From positions 11,451-75,450 of the forward strand of contig NMRA01000827.1 in NCBI GenBank assembly GCA_002633005.1: a stretch of 64,000 bases of DNA, read 5' to 3'. Position numbers and translations under genes: made by a program. Below, one piece after another: positions 40,560 through 52,278 of the stretch. This stretch comes from Phoronis australis (Eukaryota > Animalia > Phoronida). Every line of letters begins with the position of its first letter. Position 1 is the first letter of the stretch. A model generated the notes under the pieces. That model worked only from the letters and a program-made list of their open reading frames with translations, was not told the origin of the DNA and ran no database searches.

Positions 40560-41000
40560 CAGTTTATGTTACAATTACAGCTCTTAGCACTGCTGTTCTT
40601 GAAATGTATAACGCCAGGCTTTTAAATTGACAAAGATGATACCTTTGAAATAAAGTAACTACATGTACTCCAGCATCATCTGTTACATTTGTTAGTAAAT
40701 TACGGCGAACGTTACCAAGGACAGGACAGTGACATATAAAATGCATCTCGTCCTTAATTTAATGTTACCACCTATTGCATATTCTACAAATTCTCTCACT
40801 CTCGGATGAACCTGCATGCCACCCTGTTTCAATGTAAAGCTTAAGCATTGAGCACCTACAACGAGCAAGTATTTTCTTCAGGTAGGGGTCAAAAAGTACA
40901 TGTATTTTCTCATTATAACTCCATTTTGATAGTTCAAAAATTGATATTGAGTTGAATTATTGATTAAAGCGATATAATTTTGAGCATCACAGTCATTTAG
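40560..41000 (-). mobile_element. Decayed 3' end of a non-LTR retrotransposon (RTEX-like)
   Basis: ILARCRCSMLKLYIETG..ERICRICN..KDEMHFICHCPVLGNVR is the C-terminal CCHC region of a LINE ORF2; disrupted. Confidence 0.7.
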
Positions 41001-43109
41001 ATCTGAAAAGAATAAATCCACGTCACCCGGTCCTTATAACCATATCTCTCCAAACCCGTAGGTACATAATTATATACAATATTTTCACAGAATATACCCA
41101 GTTGTGAATGTCGCCTATGGTTGGCGAGTTCGACATAAATTGGATTTAAAACTGACATCAATTCAAAGTATGTCAGGCATAAATCAAATTGATGTGAGAC
41201 ATAAGTAGAATTGTCTGATATGAAATAGTTGGTTTCTGCCATGATTCTCCAATAATATCGCAGTTTAAACTTCATTAATGTCAACCATAATCCAATTTCA
41301 GACATAGATAAGATTAATGTGATATCCACAATTATTCTATTTGTGGCTGATATAATCGTGCTTATGTCTGGCATAAGTCAGCCAATGAGAATCATCGATA
41401 AATTCTCCACCCTTACTACGCAAGCATGGCACGTCTTACGGATCTTGCTGTTTTTCTGCAAAATTCAAAGCGAAATACGAATGTGAAAGTGCTCCGGCGC
41501 TGAAAGAACTGATGTCATGTCCATTCGAACGAATTAGTGTATCAACCATTCTCATTGTCAGACATAATTACAGTGTATTTATATGAATCAGAAGTACATC
41601 TGACATAAATCAGACTTATGTGAGACATAAACCCGAATTATGTCACCCTCCGCCAACCATACATGCAGCACACTCCCATTTGAGGAATGAATGTGAGTTC
41701 CCCCGGAATATGCCTGCTCTTAATTCCGGAAGAGATACTATAACGGAGTCAACGCTGTCATGTGATTTTAGTCATAGGAGTGGTCAGAATTTAAGCGATT
41801 TCCTCGTTGGTAAGACACAATATCGCTTTGAGATAGCACCTGAATAAGTAAGTGCCTTTTATTTTGTTTATGAAACTCTTCAGTCAATTTTGTAATGGTG
41901 TATCCATATTTAAACGTTTTCGCTGAATCAAATTAGGCCTGTGTATATTTGCGTTACGACCAAGAACAACGACACAATCATCGACTATTGAAAACAGCGT
42001 CTTCGGTCTTTACCAGGCTTGTCTAGTCGTAAAATTGCGGATGAGAAAATGACGCATGTACGCAATGCCTATGACTTGAGTATCGCGGCAACAAGTTAAG
42101 ATCGGATAAGCATATAGCCATATAAATCGTAAAGGGCTTTGATTAAGAATCCTACATTGACAACTGAACAGGGGCGAAGAAGCTGCAGCCACCGTCGAAT
42201 AAATCAATTCACGTATGTGCAGGACATGTGTTAACTGAGCAAACTGAACCTCAATTTCTCGTCTTCTTAAGTCTTAACTTTGTTCATTTTTGTGACGTTT
42301 TAAAGTTCCCTATTAAGGGATATTTGTAGACTGAAACAAAAATATTCTAGTATGAGACACAAAGCAAGTAGTGCAATAATATTGAGTGTGGTTGTTGCCT
42401 CCGGTGCCAAATATCCTCGCCTACGCATCTGTCCCATGATCGGAGTGTGCGTTTCAGTTTCGATGAGTCATTCATTGCAGAGGACAATACATCGATTGAG
42501 TGGCATCTTGTACTTGGACATTGCATCTCTACATCGACCACGGAAACCGGTGTCTCCATCTTTATGTAACGATTTTTGATATAATAAGCTCTTGTTGTGT
42601 TGAACAGGGCAAGTATCATACTAGGGATGTCATCACGACAATAAAATACTGTGTAAATAAATGAAGTGAAATGTTAAGGACAGAAACTGGTGATTTTTAC
42701 GAGTCTGACTTCTAAAATTGAATTCCTCTTGAAAAGTTACTGTAGAATCTTCTTTAGCAGAAGAAATACGATAAATATTAGCCAAAACATTGCGATGTAT
42801 ATTAGTCGATGCGTGTTTATATTAAAGTGTAATTTGCAAGGTCCAAGTATGTTAAATTGTAATGATATTTTCAAGGTATTGCTATTTGGATGTATTTTAT
42901 TCAAATTATCGTATAATTGTATCTTTAGTTATTTTGAAAAAGTAAAAATAAAAATTCCGCGAAAAGTTGACCTTTGACACCGTGACATGGTGTTGGGGAA
43001 CACAAACTAGATCATTATTATGCAGTTCACCGCCATTAAAGCACAGTACACGACGAACAAAGACCGTTCAATCTTGGCGTATTTTAGTAATGATGCATCG
43101 GTGTGTTTA

Positions 43110-43424
43110 GTTATCTCACTAGTGAGATAATATTTTGGCGGGAATCGAGGCCGGTTTCGAACCCGGCGGTGCGCATGAGTTTCGAGTCGTCGACTTTACC
43201 ACTGTACCACTCAGTGGCTGACGTCATCGACCGTGAAAATAGAATACTTAAATGAGCACGCGCAACAATCGCATGTTCAAAAAAGGGCATTGTACCGACA
43301 TTTATACGTCATGAAAAATAAGAGACATAATTTCCATAAAAACGATATTTCAATTCAGTTAAATTTATGTCTTATTTTCTCTCACTTGTAAATCACCGAT
43401 TTCCAAGAATGCGGGTATCGTGTC
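43110..43424 (-). mobile_element. Partial inverted copy of the 26146-27020 element
   Basis: Reverse complement matches about 26650-26965, including the tRNA-like boxes and the TTATCTCACTAGTGAGATAA palindrome. Confidence 0.8.
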
Positions 43425-43469
43425 TAACTAATTAAAAAGAAAATCCATGGAGCTCAAAGTCCTCCTCAT

Positions 43470-43725
43470 TTCCTGGCGGTGGGTAGAAAACTCTGATGCA
43501 GGCTACTAATCGCATGATGAAATGACAAAAAGGACAGTTCGTCCTAAGTGACCGCGTACCCATCTTTGGAACTGTCTGAAGGCCACGTACCGCATCTCTT
43601 TATCCAATGGTCTGTCATAGCCATCAGGATATTGACTTTTGTATTGCAGCCATGCAGTCTCCAAAACATCACGCTTGATGCATACAGGTTTAAAACCCCC
43701 ATGCTCCACAATACATTTTTCTTCA
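43470..43725 (-). pseudogene. KolX (P2X7 C-terminal-like) fragment of a Kolobok transposon
   Basis: CIVEHGGFKPVCIKRDVLETAW..RYVAFRQFQRWVRGHLGR..VISSC, then a stop followed by CIRVFYPPP. Confidence 0.75.
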
Positions 43726-44191
43726 GTGTAAGTTGTCACTGTCAGAATATAGTCTGACAGTATTTTTAGTTGTATTGTTTTGTTTTGTTATTCTGTTTGA
43801 TTGGCATGACCCCTGAGTTAAGTACAGTTATGATGTAATTTGTTTACTACAAAATAGTGTGGAACTTTCTAGAAGACTGAGGTCAGAACAGTGATGATGT
43901 AATTTGTTTACTACAGTATAGTGTGGAACTTTCTAGAAGACTCTAGCATGACAGTGATTGATGAAGTCTGGAATATTCTAGAGACTAGTACATGTCCAGT
44001 GGTGTGCTCTTCACTGGAAACACGTTTCAGTCGGTGAAGACAATGATGGAGTTTGGAAAAGTCAAGTTTTTTTTTCGAAAACAACATTCAACAACATTCA
44101 GAATTCCTATTTAATACCAGTTGTCAATGACACATACATGTCACAACATCTCGAGTTGGTGGCGGAATTCATGGAGAAGGAGAACTTGTCT

Positions 44192-44272
44192 GACTCACCA
44201 GGGCGGTCCGCCAAGTATACCACATGCACTCTAATGGAGGAAGAGACCAAAAAGATAATTGATGTGGAACTC
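44192..44272 (+). pseudogene. Kolobok transposase core fragment
   Basis: Manual translation DSPGRSAKYTTCTLMEEETKKIIDVEL matches the DSPGxSAKY motif. Confidence 0.65.
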
Positions 44273-44341
44273 GGAACAGCACAAGCATTCAATTGAGGTA
44301 GGCATAACAACGCACACAGTGCATTTGCACCAAGATGTGTC

Positions 44342-45243
44342 NNNNNNNNNNNNNNNNNNNNNNNNNNNNNNNNNNNNNNNNNNNNNNNNNNNNNNNNNNN
44401 NNNNNNNNNNNNNNNNNNNNNNNNNNNNNNNNNNNNNNNNNNNNNNNNNNNNNNNNNNNNNNNNNNNNNNNNNNNNNNNNNNNNNNNNNNNNNNNNNNNN
44501 NNNNNNNNNNNNNNNNNNNNNNNNNNNNNNNNNNNNNNNNNNNNNNNNNNNNNNNNNNNNNNNNNNNNNNNNNNNNNNNNNNNNNNNNNNNNNNNNNNNN
44601 NNNNNNNNNNNNNNNNNNNNNNNNNNNNNNNNNNNNNNNNNNNNNNNNNNNNNNNNNNNNNNNNNNNNNNNNNNNNNNNNNNNNNNNNNNNNNNNNNNNN
44701 NNNNNNNNNNNNNNNNNNNNNNNNNNNNNNNNNNNNNNNNNNNNNNNNNNNNNNNNNNNNNNNNNNNNNNNNNNNNNNNNNNNNNNNNNNNNNNNNNNNN
44801 NNNNNNNNNNNNNNNNNNNNNNNNNNNNNNNNNNNNNNNNNNNNNNNNNNNNNNNNNNNNNNNNNNNNNNNNNNNNNNNNNNNNNNNNNNNNNNNNNNNN
44901 NNNNNNNNNNNNNNNNNNNNNNNNNNNNNNNNNNNNNNNNNNNNNNNNNNNNNNNNNNNNNNNNNNNNNNNNNNNNNNNNNNNNNNNNNNNNNNNNNNNN
45001 NNNNNNNNNNNNNNNNNNNNNNNNNNNNNNNNNNNNNNNNNNNNNNNNNNNNNNNNNNNNNNNNNNNNNNNNNNNNNNNNNNNNNNNNNNNNNNNNNNNN
45101 NNNNNNNNNNNNNNNNNNNNNNNNNNNNNNNNNNNNNNNNNNNNNNNNNNNNNNNNNNNNNNNNNNNNNNNNNNNNNNNNNNNNNNNNNNNNNNNNNNNN
45201 NNNNNNNNNNNNNNNNNNNNNNNNNNNNNNNNNNNNNNNNNNN
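44342..45243. other. Assembly gap
   Basis: Run of N. Confidence 1.
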
Positions 45244-45431
45244 GGTCGGCTGATGGCCGGTCGGCTAAAGGGTCGGCTGAAGGGTCGGCTGGGGAGTCGC
45301 CTTATGAGTCGGCACTGCGGGCGGCTGCCGGTCGGCTAATTTTTAGCCGACCGGTCGGCAAATTAGCCGACCGGTCGACGGCTAGTCGTCGACCAATTTC
45401 CGACCGGGCGGCCAAAAATTCGTGATGTGTG
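45244..45431. mobile_element. GC-rich transposon terminus with GGTCGGC subterminal repeats
   Basis: Many GGTCGGC/GCCGACC motifs ending in ..TCGTGATGTGTG next to the gap; CACTA-like architecture is a guess. Confidence 0.4.
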
Positions 45432-45471
45432 CTGTATATATTTACACGGGCTTGGATTTCTGTATTCGGTG

Positions 45472-45630
45472 GTCCCGATTGCCCAGTAAACTAGAGCGCC
45501 TGAACGGTTAGCAGAAGGTCCAGGGTTCGAGTCCCGGTTGGAGCAGAACTCTTTTCAGACCTATAGTTACATGTAGTTCATGTGGTGTGGCCACAGGTGG
45601 CGTGCTCAGTGACTATACTTAGAAATGTTT
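45472..45630 (+). mobile_element. tRNA-derived SINE (paralog of the 12291 copy)
   Basis: Same head and tail and the same downstream flank as 12291-12450. Confidence 0.75.
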
Positions 45631-46320
45631 GGATGGTTTTATCTTGATAAAACAGCCGTCGATCTTCGCATGAAGTCGAAGATTTCGTCTAGCTCTCAAA
45701 TATAACCAGGCAGCATATAGGTACATGTAACAATACTTTGATTGTAGAAATTATTCCAGTATCTAAAAGTTATGTATATTTTCTCAGAGGGTATGACCGA
45801 CTGTCTGTTTTAAGTCCTAATCACTTTTCGAGAAACAGAACCTAGGTAGAATTTACTCTTTCTACTGAAATAATTCTGATGAGCTTTACCCAAGCTTACC
45901 TCAAGGCGGATAATTCGTAGTCGTTACGATGTAGAGTGTTCATAGAATAGATTCCAATTGTAAAAATATTACGACAAGATTTTAATTACCATTAATGAGT
46001 ATGTACCTATTAAGGACCAATCACCTATATCCGAAATAACACAATTTCTTCAAAAAATATTTCCTCAAGTGTCCTGCATTTCGAGTGTAGGCAGCTGTTT
46101 CTTATATATGCACATGTTTCAAAGCGGTTTTGACTATTCTCCGATCTTTTCACTCGAAAAGTTATTGTAAATTTGAAAGCACTTCAAGATCTACCGCGTT
46201 GTAGCAAATGAATGATTCACTCATATGTTACTTTGAACAGTCTTTTCTTGGCTTTTTTCTCAGTGTTTTGCATATAGTTAAAACCCATGTTAGTTCACAT
46301 TTTTCTTGTCTTTCAGAATC

Positions 46321-46363
46321 ATGGGGTTCACCGTACCGTGCGGAAGTGGATACTATTGTAGCG
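46321..46363 (+). CDS. WBP1/VOPP1/Shisa-like protein, first visible coding exon
   Basis: Acceptor TTTTCTTGTCTTTCAG ends 46316; ATG 46321; MGFTVPCGSGYYCS+G; donor GTAAGA. Phase 1 matches the next exon. Confidence 0.75.
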
Positions 46364-47612
46364 GTAAGATCAGATCGACATCGTGTCGACATGAAGCATT
46401 ATCAAATGCAAAACTACTACCATTCTTTTGAATAACGTTAGAAATTTCATCTGTGAACGGATGTTTTCGCTACAAAACTACATTAGGAATTGGTTAATAA
46501 TGGATGTGAGAGAAGTTTGCCATCCACAAGAAATCCAAAAAAGTTATTGTCAAAGAACCTGAGGCAGAAGTGGGCACAAGCCATATCATAGATTTAGATT
46601 TGTTCATACATAGCTTGTTTACATGATTGGCTGGAATGATGAATATGCTCGGTATCAGTTCAAAGCACGCGCCGCTTCGTGGAAGCGAGGCTATTAACTT
46701 ATAGGGGCTATCCAGGTCGTGTTGGAGAGCGTGAATTTTGACACTTTTTGAAGGGCCACACAACCATGTGGCAATAAAATGATTCCACAAATACAAGGCG
46801 ATTTGTTCTTTCTTTTTTGAGATTGTGGATGTGACATACCTGTATAACTTCTGTCTTGCACTAGGTTGTTTACCGTGAACGGGAACGGGGAAACTTGGTA
46901 CACAATTTTTGAGATTAAACATGCTGTTATATACAGATTTAAAGATACAAATTAGTTCCTCTGATGAATGACAAAGTGTTTGTGGAAAGTTTCTTCGTTT
47001 GCATGAAACACGGTACGAAGCATGACCACATAACGTGTAGAGAGCTTTGACTGACGCCGTAAACAGTAGAACTTTGACTTTGAATATATTTGCTGGTACA
47101 CAAAATTAATGACGGCAAATGATCAAAAAATATTTTACTGCCACTAAAACAAAAATACGATACCGACAACCATTGCTGTTGCTGATCTGCTAAACTGAAG
47201 CCAGAGAACTTCTACTATAACATTAATTTTAATTTGCTGGTGTAAAAGGAAAGATTAAAAAATCAACGTTAGTAATATAGTAGTATCAACAGATGTCTTT
47301 TAAAGCATCGACCATGACTTAATATTACCTTTTCTGTGTGGCAAAACATCCCATCGCTGTAGCTAGAATATTTCCTTAGCACAAAATCCACTATAATGAA
47401 GCCCAAGCTGGCATGCACACAAAATCCCAGTTGTGTCAATTTTGGCAGCAATGTTAAAGGAGAATGCGACCCGATTTTATTAGTCTTTTTATCGTCTTAA
47501 TCGGTCTATATCCACATCGCCTCTTATACGGTCGACCTCACCTTCCCGAGAGGTATCGCGTTAACCTGTGAGGAAGGTGAGAAAAGACGCAGTGGTTCGT
47601 CTGCAGAGTTAA

Positions 47613-50571
47613 AGGAGCATGCCACCCAAAAAACAACCTAATTTGTATCAATTTAGATGGAGTAGTTCTACTCCATAACGACACGTACGGTTGCGTTACC
47701 TGACACCTGACGGCAGACGGAGGTGTTGAAATTATCCAATGATGTCATCGGTTTCACACGTAGTCTGTTCAGCAGTTCACAACACGGGTTACTGGTGTCA
47801 GCTTATCGCTTGATGTCATCGTTTAACACCAATAAATCATCAAACTTCGATGTAAAACCCTTAAAAATACGCCGAGTTCTTATAAAAACGTGTTGTTTTA
47901 TTTCTCTCTTGCGGATTTATTGGTATTTGGACACACCGTAGCCTACAAAGTTCGGCAGGCCAGTAAGGTCCGTAGCAGGAGTGTGGGGCTTGTTAGGAGA
48001 TAATTTCGAAATATTTTCCGTGAAATACAGACAGGAGGACCTAGATCTGTGTTGCTTAGACTTGTGATTTTTTGAGTTCTAAACACAAAACTCTTGTTAT
48101 CCTGGCCAGTGGCTCGGAGCCCGATCATGCCCGTCGCGGCCGGCCGGATTGACTCGTTATCCCGGCCAGTGGCTCGGAAACTGATCAGACATCACGAACA
48201 AAAACCAGCCAAAGTTCAGTGGAAACTAAACTTCCAGTCAAGAAAATACTATACTAGTGAGCCAAAGTAATGTGCACCTGATTATGTTGGTGAATTAGCC
48301 ACGAAACTGCGAATCTACTTACTCGTCGGGTGCCCTGAATTCAGGTTCCGCTTTGGCCACAGCACCGTTAAGGCAGAAGTTGTACATTGACAATCATCAT
48401 TTGAGTAATGTAAATGTAAACTAGAAAGATTATTGTCACGGCGTGACAATAACGGACTCTGCGCGTGCGCATTACTGGAATTATTATGTGAAGTTACTGA
48501 CAACAACCCGTTCACCAATATGAAAAGGAATTCTTTAAAATTGTAGGAGAAATTACATGTTAATTTTTTGATGACCTTTCCACTAATTGACCTCTTCCGG
48601 TGCATTTTGAACCCCGATGAGGGAGTAATTGTTAACTCGATTAAAAGTGTGGTTAATGCGTATAATCATAGATGTTTTACTTTAAGCACTTCAGAATACA
48701 AGATGAATGAAGTGGTCAAACTTTCAGAAAAAAATGCACCTAATGACCCCATGGGTGCACCAAATGAACTGAAAATTTAGAATTCAAACTCAATCGCACT
48801 TAGTAAACAGATAAGTAATTCTGAAGTCTCTAGCTCAAAATTTTAGTTTGCACTCAATGACCTTTGACCTATTTTTTCTGATTGGTTAGGCCTATTGCGA
48901 AGTAAAGTAGGGTTTTCACTTGGCATGTTGACTTACACCAGTGTGATGAAATTGAAAAGAATTCCTTGAAAAACGTAAGAGATATTTAACATTTTGAACG
49001 TTACATGACCTTTGCACTAATTGACCATATCCAGTACATTTTAAGCATCTTTAGGAGAATTATTGCAAAGCCCATGAAAAATGTGTTGAACGCTAAGAAT
49101 CACAGTTGTCTAACGGTTGACACATCAAAATACTTGCTGATTGAAAAGGTCAAATTTTCAGAAGAACAATGCACCTAATGACCCCATGTTTGCACTAAAT
49201 GACCTGAAACTTTGGATTCCGATTTGATTTACCTGTGGCAACCAGACCTGTCAATTTGAAGTGTCTAGCTCAAAATTTTAGTTTGCACCTAATGACCTTT
49301 GACCTATTTCACCTGATTGGATAACCCGATTACTTAGAAAAGTGTTTTTTTAAATTGTCATGTGGACATATACCTGTGCACCGAATTTGAAAACGATAGT
49401 TTTAAAACTGAAGGAGGTGTAGCATTTTGAAAAATTATATGACTTTTGCACCAAACGACCTCTTCCGGTGCAATATGGAATATGATTATATAACCAATCA
49501 AAATTTATATACTGTCAAAAGTCATATACTGAATTTAAAGACCGTACCTCCACCCAATTTGGAGTTATTACGCCTCAAAGTTGGTCGGAAGAAGAATAAG
49601 AATAAGAAAAATAAGAAGAATAAGAAGAAAATTGAAGAAAACCCAGGAACAACAGTACTCTGCGCTTACACGCGCAGAGTAATAAAGATTACCCTTACAC
49701 CTGTTTGTGGGATGGAAATCGATCGAGTTGTTTCACAACAGTTTCTGTCAGCAAACACTAAATTAGCATGAGCTCACACGGCCTCGGTGTCCCGGTCGTC
49801 AATTAGTTTTATTGCACCTAAAGCCGGTAACGCAGTGATTTATTCATTGCTGGCTTCTCAAATCATTTGCCCTCACGAACACTCCAAAGGCATTACAAAT
49901 TGCATCTAATGAGACACACTTTGTTTCAGTTTTATATAAGTTTTGGTTAGGGTGAGAATAATTCATTTTGAAACAGAACGCTCAGTAATAAACGCCAACT
50001 TGGTAACCCGCAATCCCGACTTAGGACGAGCTAGAGTTCATCAGTCCCGACTTTGCAGGTGGATCGTTAAGTTTTTCAGGCTATCAATTCGAACAGGAAT
50101 ACAGTGATGAAGAAATACTAGAGAGGAGCCGTGAACAAGCTAAGACAACGGAACGCATGAAGTTATTTGGCCGGTAAGCCGGCATTCGTCAGGCACTGTC
50201 GACATCTGCAGGCCACAGACACGGAGATGTTTCACTGCCTCATACATGTACTTGCTATTTACAGCATACATTTCATTCTTCACTACCATGAGCCACTTCC
50301 TAAGCATTTCGGACTCTCGAGGAAGTAAAAAAAAACGATATACCCACTTTCCTAGCAGCTGCTTAGTTCGGACAAGCGGGAACGATACACCGCAACATAG
50401 CGGCATTCACTCTGCATATGAACCACTGACGTCGCTAGCGTCGTTTCTCACCTTCCTCACAGGTTAACGCGACACTTCTTGGCAATGTAAGGTCGACCGT
50501 ATGCGAGGCGATGTGGATGTAGACCGATTAAGACGGCAAAAAAGACTAATTGAATCGGGTGGCATTCTCCT
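47613..50571. mobile_element. Sister Kolobok-type element inserted in opposite orientation into the outer copy
   Basis: TTAA at 47609-47612 and 50572-50575; TIR AGGAGCATGCCACCC / GGGTGGCATTCTCCT; THAP-like ORF 50140-50406 (-). Confidence 0.9.
48420..49685 (-). mobile_element. HINE/Helentron-type non-autonomous element inside the inner Kolobok
   Basis: On the minus strand: 5' sub-TIR plus inverted repeat (ACTCTGCGC/GCGCAGAGT), TTCTTA microsatellite, internal ~435-bp repeats, 3' sub-TIR, hairpin TTATTGTCAC..GTGACAATAA, CTAGT end. Confidence 0.75.
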
Positions 50572-51192
50572 TTAAGGCCGTTATATTGCGGTGCGTGGTT
50601 CTCGCTTGTCCGAACTACGAAGCTGCGAAGAAAGCGGGTATATTGTTTTTTCGACTTCCTCGAGAGCCCGAAAGGCTTAGGAAGTAGCTCGAGGTAGTGA
50701 AGAATGAAAGGTACGCTGTTAATAGCGAGTATGAGGCCGTGAAACATCTGTGTCTGTGGCCGGCATTTCGTCGACAGTGATTTCTCTCCGGCTTACCAAA
50801 GAACTATCCATACGTTCCGTTGTCTGTGCATGTTCACGGCGCCTCTCTAGTATTTCTTGATCAATGTATTCCGGTTCGAACTGATAGCCTGTGAAACCTA
50901 ACAATCTGACCCGTGAAGTATTTGTCGGATGAGCTCTTGACTAAGTCGGGCTTGGCGCCGGGCGAGTTGCCATGTATCTGCGTTCTGTTTCAAAATGAAT
51001 TATTCTCATCCTAACCAATGCTTATATAAAACTGAATCTGCCTCATTAGATTCAGTTTGTAATCACTTTGCAGTATTCGTGAGTGCAAATGTTGAGAAGC
51101 CCACTGCATGATAATTCAATGTTTGCTGGCAGAAAGCTGTTGTGAAACAGTTACTCGATTTTATATGCTATGGCCACATGATACGGGAATCT

Positions 51193-52278
51193 TTATTACT
51201 CTGCACGTGTAAGCGCAGAGTACTGTTGTTCCTGGGTTTTCTTCAATTTTATTCTTATTCTTATTCTTATTCTTATTCTTCTTATTCTTCTTCTTATTCT
51301 TCTTCCGACCAACTTTGAGGCTTAATAACTCCGAATTGGGTGCAGGTACGGTCCTTAAATTCAGCATATGAAATTTGACAGTATATAAATTTTGATTGGT
51401 TATATAATTATATTCCATATTGCACCGGAAGAGGTCGTTTGGTGCAAAGGTCATATAATTTTCAAAATGCTACTCCTCCTTCAGTTTTGAAGCTATCTTT
51501 TTTAAATTCGGTGCACAGGTATAAGTCAACATGACAATTTAAAAAATTACTTTTCTAAGTAATCGGGTCATCCAATCAGGTGAAATAGGTCAAAGGTCAT
51601 TAGGTGCAAACTAAAATTTTGAGCTAGACACTTCAAATTCACAGTTCTGATTGGCACAGACAATTCAAATTGGAATCCAAAGTTTCAGGTCATTTAGTGC
51701 AAACATGGGGTCATAAGGTGCATTTTGCTTCTGAAAATTTGACCTTTTCATTCTCCAAGTACACTGATGTGTCAACCGTAAGACAACTGTGATTCTNNNN
51801 NNNNNNNNNNNNNNNNNNNNNNNNNNNNNNNNNNNNNNNAAAAAATAGGTCAAAGGTCATTGAGTGCAAAATTAAAATTTTGAGCTAGAGACTTCAAAAT
51901 TACATATCTGTTTAGTAAACGCGATTGAGTTTGAATTCTAAATTTTTGGGTCATTTGGTGCATCCATGGGGTCATTAGGTGCATTTTTCTTCTGAAACTT
52001 TGACCAATTAAGTCATGTTGTATTCTTAAGTGCTTAAAGCAAAACACCTGTGATTCTTAGCATTAACTATACTTTAAATTGGTTGTACAATTATTCCCTC
52101 ACTGGGGTTCATAATGCACCGGAAGAGGTCAGTTAGTGGAAAGGTCATCAAAACATTAACATGAAATTACTCCTACAATTTTAAAGAATTTCTTTTCATA
52201 TTGGTAAACGGGGTTGCTGTCAGTAACTTCCCATAACAATTCCTTTAATACGCACGCCGTGACAATAATATTTCTAGT
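51193..52278 (+). mobile_element. Equivalent HINE-type insert inside the outer Kolobok
   Basis: Reverse complement of 48420-49685 at the homologous position; contains the N gap 51797-51839. Confidence 0.75.

Noticed and set aside
44259-45425. Long ORFs of 388 and 334 aa
   Set aside because: Artefacts of the N gap.
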